NCBI GenBank assembly: GCA_046290225.1
Contig: JBKAGE010000078.1
Span: forward strand, 64,001-128,000
DNA length: 64,000 nucleotides
Reading direction: 5' to 3'
Origin: Bradymonadia bacterium
GTDB lineage: Bacteria > Myxococcota_A > Bradymonadia > UBA7976 > UBA1532
Both the position numbers and the translations under genes were made by a program. The notes beneath the pieces were generated by a model. It was given only the letters and a program-made list of their open reading frames with translations, made no database searches and was not told the origin of the DNA. Position 1 is the first letter of the stretch; the number at the start of each line of letters is the position of its first letter. Shown in pieces: positions 57,999 through 64,000 of this stretch.

Positions 57999-60584
57999 AT
58001 GCGCCCCACCTCCCCTTTGACGCTGCGCTCAGCGGCCTTGGGCCTCGCCGCCCTGTGCCTCATCGCCTGTGACGACGCCGAGATCGGCGACGCAGCCCCA
58101 GGAAACGGCGGCAGCGGTGGCATGATCACAGGCGGCTCTGGGGGTACACCGCTCGGCGGCTCGGCAGGGGCCCCCATGGGTGGAGAGTCAGAAGGTGGTT
58201 CAGGCGGTGCCGCCGTTGGCGGCGCTGGTGGCGAGGTCGGTGGTGCCGGCGGCGAGCCTGTAGGCGGCATGGGCGGAACACCCGTTGGCGGCGAAGGCGG
58301 CGCTGGTGGCGAGGTCGGGGGTGCCGGCGGTGGCCCTGTCGGTGGTGAGATGGGTGGCGCAGGTGGAGGCGAGCCCTTCGACTGGGCCAACATCACCTTC
58401 CCTCAGCGGAGCTGCACCACGACGCTGAGGTACGAAGGCCAGGCGAACCAGGTCGTCGTCGCCGGCAGTTTCACCAACTGGGCCGATGCGCCCCTGCCCC
58501 TCCAACGTGATGGCGGTGGCTTCAGCATTGAACTCGGCGAGGCTCAAGGGCTTACGCGAGGTGAGCTGCACCCCTACAAGTTCATCGTCGATGGCAACTG
58601 GATCCTCGATCCTCAGGAGCGTCACCGGAAATACGACGGTGACTGTGTGAACTCCGCAGTGATGTTACCCGATTGCAGCGACGGCCCCGAGATCATGGCC
58701 GCCCCCATCGACATGACTTGGCGCAACGGCACCGGCGATGTGGTGGCCACGTTGTCCCCCATGGTGGCCGAGGACGGCGCTGGCCTCACCGAGGTCGTAC
58801 TGACCCTCGACGACCAGCCCATCGGCAGTGACAACGTCGAGGTGGATGCAGAGAGCGGTGAGGTGACCATTCGTCTGGTCGGTGTGCCTGCTGGCCGACA
58901 CACCCTCTCGGTTCGGGCCACTGATGCTCAGGGGCGAGATGCAACCCCACTCGACCTGGCCTTCTGGGTCGAGGAGACGCCCTTCGACTGGCGCGACTCC
59001 ACGATGTACATGGTGGTCGTCGACCGATTCGCCAACGGCAACAGCGACATCGACGAGCCCATCGGTGATCCCGTGGGCTATCCCGCCGACTGGCATGGTG
59101 GCGACCTCTGGGGCCTCGAGCGGGTCATCGAGGCCGGCTACTTCGACGACCTCGGGGTGGACACCATCTGGCTCAGCCCCATCAACACCCAGACCGACGA
59201 TCACTTCGTGGGCCGGGATGACGCCCAGCGATACGCCGCCTATCACGGCTACTGGCCCATCGAGGGCCGCGGTGTGGAGCCCCGGTTCGGCGGCGACGCC
59301 GCTCTGCATGCCGTCGTCGAGGCTGCCCACGCCCGGGGCATTCGGGTGCTGCTCGATCTCATCAACAACCAGATCCATGAAGAGCACGAGTACTTCGAAT
59401 CGAACCCCGAGTGGTTCCGCACGGGGTGTGTCTGCGGCATCGATCCTGGCTGTGGCTGGAGCGAGCGCCCCCTCGACTGCCTGTTCGCCCCCTACCTGCC
59501 CGACATCAACTGGCGCAACGCCGGCGCCGAGCAGCAGTTCATCGACGACGCCATCTACTGGATCGAGGAGTTCGACGTCGATGGCTTCCGGGTAGACGCC
59601 GTCAAGCATGTGGAGACCAACAGCATCTACAACCTGCGAGCGGCCCTGGCGAAGCGATTCGAGCAGGGCGGCACCCCGGTGGTGATGTTCGGGGAGACCG
59701 CCGTCGGTGAAGGCGACGACTTCAACGACGGCTGCGGGGTGTACTACGCCAACGGGTACGAGTGGGTGGACGCGTACACCGGCCCCAACGCCCTCAATGG
59801 TCAGTTCGACTTCCCCACCCACCACCGCATCCAGTCGGGGCTGCTCAACGGCAGCCTCGCCTTTGGCGATCTCGACACGTCGCTGCGTCTCATGGAAGAG
59901 CGCTACCGTCCCGAGGGCATTCACGTGCGCTTCCTCGGCAGCCACGACAAGACCCGCATGGCCAGTCAGGCCGTCGGTGATCCTGCGGTGGACTGTCGCT
60001 GGGCCGACAACGGCGGCTGCCGCACGATGCCCCAGGCGGTGAACGACGCCGGCGCCTTCCAGCGGCTGCGTCATGCCTTCACCATCTTGATGACCATCCC
60101 TGGCATTCCCCTCATCTACTACGGCGACGAGGTGGCCATGGCCGGCGGCAACGATCCCGACAACCGTCGCGACATGCAGTGGTCCGGCGCCCTCACCGAC
60201 GTGGCCATGCCTGCAGGCGAAGGCCCCGCTCCCTCAGCTCAGCAGCTGGCCCTCACCGACTGGATCGGCGCCCTGGGTCAAGCCCGGCGCCAGAGCGACG
60301 CCCTCACCCGTGGGGCCCGTATCCCGCTCATGGTGAGCTCGGATCTGTATGTCTTCGCCCGCGTCGGCGATGCCCCCGGTGAGTCGGCTGTGGTGGTGGT
60401 GAACCGAGGGCCTCAGCGCAACAACATGGGCATGAGCCTGCTCGGCGCCACTCAAAGGGCGGTGAACGGCGTGGCTCGCTTCGAGGCCGTCGTCGGCGAA
60501 GGTGAGCTCACGGTGGATGGCAACAATCTCAGCCTCTCCCTGCCCGCCGGTGGTGCCGCAGTGTTCCTGGGGCGCGCTCGGTGA
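57999..60584 (+). CDS. Lipoprotein alpha-amylase family (GH13) glycosidase with CBM48-like domain and Gly-rich tether
   Basis: Lipobox LIAC; VAGSFTNW..YKFIVDGNW; DRFANG, GGDL.G, YHGYW, DGFRVDAVKH, GE, SHD, IYYGDE, DPDNRR. Confidence 0.92.
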   Translation: MRPTSPLTLRSAALGLAALCLIACDDAEIGDAAPGNGGSGGMITGGSGGTPLGGSAGAPMGGESEGGSGGAAVGGAGGEVGGAGGEPVGGMGGTPVGGEGGAGGEVGGAGGGPVGGEMGGAGGGEPFDWANITFPQRSCTTTLRYEGQANQVVVAGSFTNWADAPLPLQRDGGGFSIELGEAQGLTRGELHPYKFIVDGNWILDPQERHRKYDGDCVNSAVMLPDCSDGPEIMAAPIDMTWRNGTGDVVATLSPMVAEDGAGLTEVVLTLDDQPIGSDNVEVDAESGEVTIRLVGVPAGRHTLSVRATDAQGRDATPLDLAFWVEETPFDWRDSTMYMVVVDRFANGNSDIDEPIGDPVGYPADWHGGDLWGLERVIEAGYFDDLGVDTIWLSPINTQTDDHFVGRDDAQRYAAYHGYWPIEGRGVEPRFGGDAALHAVVEAAHARGIRVLLDLINNQIHEEHEYFESNPEWFRTGCVCGIDPGCGWSERPLDCLFAPYLPDINWRNAGAEQQFIDDAIYWIEEFDVDGFRVDAVKHVETNSIYNLRAALAKRFEQGGTPVVMFGETAVGEGDDFNDGCGVYYANGYEWVDAYTGPNALNGQFDFPTHHRIQSGLLNGSLAFGDLDTSLRLMEERYRPEGIHVRFLGSHDKTRMASQAVGDPAVDCRWADNGGCRTMPQAVNDAGAFQRLRHAFTILMTIPGIPLIYYGDEVAMAGGNDPDNRRDMQWSGALTDVAMPAGEGPAPSAQQLALTDWIGALGQARRQSDALTRGARIPLMVSSDLYVFARVGDAPGESAVVVVNRGPQRNNMGMSLLGATQRAVNGVARFEAVVGEGELTVDGNNLSLSLPAGGAAVFLGRAR

Positions 60585-61405
60585 GTGAGACGACTTCCGG
60601 GGGCCTGCTCGCGGGCCGCCGCGGCCTGATCTTCGGTGTGGCCAACGCCCGCTCTCTCGCATGGGCCATCGCCGAGCGCGCACACGCCGAAGGCGCCACG
60701 CTGGCGCTCAACTATGGCTCGGAACGTCTCGCCCGACGTGTTCAGCCCCTCGCCGAGTCCATCGGCGCCGCCCACGTGGGCCTGTGCGACGTCACTGATG
60801 ATGCCCAGCTCGAGACATGGTTCGCAGAGGCCATCGCGGCCCTGGGTGGCTCTGTGGATTTTCTGGTGCACAGTGTGGCCTTCGCACCGAGCGCGGATCT
60901 CAAGGGCGACTTCGTCGATGTCAGCCGTACGGGCTTTGCTCACGCACTCTCCGTGAGCGCCTACAGTTTGCTCGAGATCACGCGGCGGGCGCTGCCTCAC
61001 ATGACACCCGGGGCCTCGGTGCTCACCCTGAGCTATCTCGGTGCCGAGCGGGCCATGCCGGGTTACAACCTCATGGGCGTCGCCAAGGCCGCCCTCGAAT
61101 CCACTGTGCGATACCTCGCCGCCGAGCTGGGTCCGCAGGGCATTCGAGTGAACGCACTGCGACCAGGGCCCGTCCGTACCCTCGCCGCCTCTGGTGTACC
61201 TGGCTTCAAAGCCAAAGCGGCCTACGCCTCCCGGACCGCCCCCCTCCGGCGCGCTGTGGGTGCTGAAGAAGTCGCCGGCACCGCCATGTCGCTGCTCTCT
61301 GATCTCGGCAGCGCCATCACGGGCGAAATCATCCACGTTGACGCGGGTTTTCACGCCGTGGGCGCTCCGCCGCTCTCCGCCTTGGGTGTGCTGCCAGAAT
61401 CCTGA
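60581..61405 (+). CDS. fabI: Enoyl-ACP reductase
   Basis: GVANARSLAWAIA, VHSVAFA, SAYSL, YNLMGVAKAALE, GPVRTLAA, ITGEIIHVDAG. Confidence 0.9.
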   Translation: MSETTSGGLLAGRRGLIFGVANARSLAWAIAERAHAEGATLALNYGSERLARRVQPLAESIGAAHVGLCDVTDDAQLETWFAEAIAALGGSVDFLVHSVAFAPSADLKGDFVDVSRTGFAHALSVSAYSLLEITRRALPHMTPGASVLTLSYLGAERAMPGYNLMGVAKAALESTVRYLAAELGPQGIRVNALRPGPVRTLAASGVPGFKAKAAYASRTAPLRRAVGAEEVAGTAMSLLSDLGSAITGEIIHVDAGFHAVGAPPLSALGVLPES

Positions 61406-61462
61406 GTGTTTACCGTGCCGTGGCCTGAGGCCCTCGCCTTGCGGCAGACCCGCGCGAGCCGT

Positions 61463-61539
61463 ATCCTGCCTTGTGGGGGTGCTCACTTGATCGCCGGCTG
61501 CGCTGCCGGCCAGCTCGGGTGAGAACCTCCGCACAGGAT
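61463..61539 (+). other. Long imperfect hairpin (candidate structured RNA or leader)
   Basis: Stems ATCCTG/CAGGAT, TGTGGGGGT/ACCTCCGCA, CTCACTTGA/TCGGGTGAG, GCCGGC/GCCGGC; non-canonical pairs are G-U on the + strand. Confidence 0.5.
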
Positions 61540-61568
61540 CCCTGTCCCAACATCCTGACGAGGCACAG

Positions 61569-64000
61569 ATGAAACATCTCGGTGGGCACGTCATTTTGAC
61601 TCTGGCCCTCATCCTCCAAGGCTGCTTCTTCGGCGGCGGCGTCGACGCCACCGACGCCACCCTCACGGACGCCGGCATGGGTGGTGCCGGCGCTGGTGCC
61701 GTGGGCGGCATGGGCGGCGGCCTCATGGACGACGCCGGTGCCGACTTCGACATGGGCGTCGATGACGCAGGCCCTGACGATCTCGACGAGGGCGTGGGGG
61801 ATGCCGAGCTCGACATGGGCGATGAGGGAGATGTGCTTCTCCCCGATGACATGTTCATTCCCCCAGACGCCATGCCCCCCGCCGACGGCTGCGAGATGGA
61901 CATCACCCTCGACGCCCTGGCCTTCGAAACCTTCGACTTCGGCGGCGGCAATCGGTGGATCGAAGAAGCGGGTACACTCCTCGTTCAGGAGCGTACCCAG
62001 GACGTGGTGCCCACCGTAGCCCTGAGACCTTGGACCGAGACCTGCACTGAGTTCCGAGCTGAGGTGACATTCGAACTCATCGACGGCGGCGCCTTTCCCG
62101 TGCTCGCCGGCCGCTTCGATGATCAAAACCGGTGGTTTGGCGTGGGCTTCAATGCCCTCGAAGGTCGCCTGAGAGTCTTTGGTGGCATCAACCTGCAGCC
62201 CACTCAGACCACGGGTCAGAGCGCGCCGATCCGCCTCACCGCAGGTGCCCGATATCGACTCATGCTCGAAGTGGTGGATCAGTCCATCTTCGGGGCGCTC
62301 TTCCTCGAAGATGGCGAACGCCCTCTGGTCACCGCCGAGGGGCCGGGGCCCCGCTACCTCTCCCCGGGGCGTCTGGCCCTCAACGAGGTCAACGGCCAGC
62401 GAGTTCGGTACCTGAGCCTGAAGTCCACCCCCATCACCCGTCCGCTCATCGGGCGCCCCACCATCGAGAACGTGAAGGTGCTGGAGCCTCGCCGTGTGCG
62501 GGTGTTCACCAGCCCTGCCCCCACGGTGCCCTACCGCCTCGATGATGAGGCCAGCGGCCTCGTGATTCTGCAGGATGGGGTGCCGATCCCCATCACAGGG
62601 CTCGAATCTGTCGAGGGCAGCGCCTCGTCGTTCTCGGCGTTCCTCGGTCAAGCGGTGGAAGGCGCAGGCAACATCACCGCAGGCTACATTCCCGGTGAGG
62701 GGCAGGTACTCAACGCCGTCGAGGACGAGATCCAGCCCCTCGAGGACTTCGCCACCGAGAACATGCTCTATGTCGATCCGCCGGACCTGCCCGACTGGAC
62801 CGACGAGTTCGAAGAAGGCTTGCTTGATCCCAGCTGGCTCGTGGAGCAGCCCAACGCCAGTGCCGTGGAGGATGGCGCGCTCACCTTCCGGCCTCTCGCG
62901 GCGCAGCTGACAGGGGCGCTGGCGTACCGCCCCATCGAGGAGCTGCGCCAGAACGTCACCATCTCCACGGACTTCTTCTACAACGACGAGCCCGATCGAC
63001 AGGGCGGCCGCGTCGAGGCCTTGCTGGCCCTGCGCATCCGAGAAATCGAGCGCGTGCGTCTGCAGGCCGTCTTCATCGCCGGCAACTTCGAGAACATTCT
63101 CGGCTTCAGGCGTCGCTCAGGCGGGTTCCAGGACACCAACATCGGCGAGTTCCGGTTCCCGCGAGATCTCGCCCCCCCACTCACCCCCATGCGGCTCGAG
63201 TTCAGCGCGTACAACGCATTGCTGTGGGCCCGGCTCTACCGGCTCGACGGCGAGGTGCCCATGCTCATCGCTGAGCACAGCGTCATCGATGACGATCCTC
63301 AGGGTCCGGGCGCCTTCGGCCTTGGGGCGAACTTCGACGGCTCCGTGCACTTCGAGCACTTCCAGGTGGGCTCCGCCGTCGCGCCCCCACCGCGGATCAC
63401 CGCCGCCAAGATCCCTGGCTCCAACCCCAGCACGATCCAGCTCGACGTGCTCACCACCAGCCCACTCCAGGGGCTCAGCCCGGAGGGCTTCTCCGTGCTC
63501 GCCGGCGAGCCCAGACAGGTGGAGTCGGTGACGCTGCGGGAAGGTGGGATCGCCCTCACTCTCGTGGGCGATCGGCTGCAGAGCGGGCAGTCTGTCTTCG
63601 TCAGCTACGACAACGCTGCCGGCACCATCACCGACAGTACCCGACCCGATCCGTTGTCCATGGAGAGCTTCGACCAGCTCGAGGTGGTGAACGAAGCCGC
63701 CCCCGGTGATGATCTCGTACTCGCAGAGGCCATCACCATAGACGAGCGCACCCTCGATCTGGTGGTGGCCGACAACGGCGCCTTGCCACCACAAGTGGGG
63801 CGAGCCCGGGGGTTGCTGGTGCTGATCAACGACGAGCCCACCCTGATCAGGGCCATTCGACCACTGGAGGACAAACCCACCCGGCTGCGCGTCTCCCTCA
63901 ATGATCGGCTGACCCCGGACGACATCATCACCCTGCAGTACAGCCAGGGTGAAGATGGCCCCATTCGGGACCAGCGCGACATCGAGCTGCGCGCCATCGA
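61569..64000 (+). CDS. Large surface lipoprotein (partial, runs off the window) with Gly/Asp tether, beta-sandwich domains and SwmB-like repeats
   Basis: Hand-translated MKHLGGHVILTLALILQGC (lipobox); frame open at the points checked up to the end; repeats LTLVGDRLQSGQSVFVSYD and VSLNDRLTPDDIITLQYS..GPIRD; missing from the ORF track, consistent with no stop codon. Confidence 0.85.
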   Translation, partial: MKHLGGHVILTLALILQGCFFGGGVDATDATLTDAGMGGAGAGAVGGMGGGLMDDAGADFDMGVDDAGPDDLDEGVGDAELDMGDEGDVLLPDDMFIPPDAMPPADGCEMDITLDALAFETFDFGGGNRWIEEAGTLLVQERTQDVVPTVALRPWTETCTEFRAEVTFELIDGGAFPVLAGRFDDQNRWFGVGFNALEGRLRVFGGINLQPTQTTGQSAPIRLTAGARYRLMLEVVDQSIFGALFLEDGERPLVTAEGPGPRYLSPGRLALNEVNGQRVRYLSLKSTPITRPLIGRPTIENVKVLEPRRVRVFTSPAPTVPYRLDDEASGLVILQDGVPIPITGLESVEGSASSFSAFLGQAVEGAGNITAGYIPGEGQVLNAVEDEIQPLEDFATENMLYVDPPDLPDWTDEFEEGLLDPSWLVEQPNASAVEDGALTFRPLAAQLTGALAYRPIEELRQNVTISTDFFYNDEPDRQGGRVEALLALRIREIERVRLQAVFIAGNFENILGFRRRSGGFQDTNIGEFRFPRDLAPPLTPMRLEFSAYNALLWARLYRLDGEVPMLIAEHSVIDDDPQGPGAFGLGANFDGSVHFEHFQVGSAVAPPPRITAAKIPGSNPSTIQLDVLTTSPLQGLSPEGFSVLAGEPRQVESVTLREGGIALTLVGDRLQSGQSVFVSYDNAAGTITDSTRPDPLSMESFDQLEVVNEAAPGDDLVLAEAITIDERTLDLVVADNGALPPQVGRARGLLVLINDEPTLIRAIRPLEDKPTRLRVSLNDRLTPDDIITLQYSQGEDGPIRDQRDIELRAI

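Noticed and set aside
61463..61539. SRP (4.5S) RNA or tRNA
   Set aside because: Lacks the SRP domain IV GGAA tetraloop/CAGG..AGCA motif and has no cloverleaf or TTCGA arm
61410..63997. Minus-strand ORFs 61410-62651, 63117-63794 and 63605-63997
   Set aside because: Antisense to the long open + frame starting at 61569, which has a lipoprotein signal

Overview
High-GC bacterial chromosomal window. The gene content (roadblock protein, GYF_2 protein, MXAN_5187-like C-terminal domain, Gly-rich tethered lipoproteins) suggests Myxococcota or a related deltaproteobacterium; this is an inference. About 43 protein genes are supported, and I saw no rRNA, tRNA, CRISPR array or transposase. Recognisable housekeeping genes are rluB, coaBC, udk, a Clp ATPase, a DEAD-box helicase, ligA, maeB and fabI, plus a complete reductive pyrimidine catabolic operon (39.6-49.0 kb). 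The most notable items are: (1) a ~1236-aa aminotransferase-GNAT-aminotransferase fusion whose two class-III halves have lost complementary motifs, in a coupled operon with an AstD-like dehydrogenase, a second aminotransferase and a CoA transferase; (2) a compact lipid cluster (alpha-oxoamine synthase-GNAT fusion, FAAL-truncated ACAD-ACP fusion, divergent sterol-desaturase-family gene) that resembles a ceramide/aminolipid pathway; (3) a ~490-bp intergenic element of two inverted ~180-bp units whose internal hairpins show compensatory base changes; (4) several degenerate or fused enzymes (family-4 UDG without catalytic or Fe-S residues, ClpP-class pseudo-protease, LigA without its zinc finger, NadD-DUF2520 fusion). 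A large lipoprotein gene from 61569 runs off the window end and is absent from the ORF track. All family calls are by motif recognition by eye, with no database searches.
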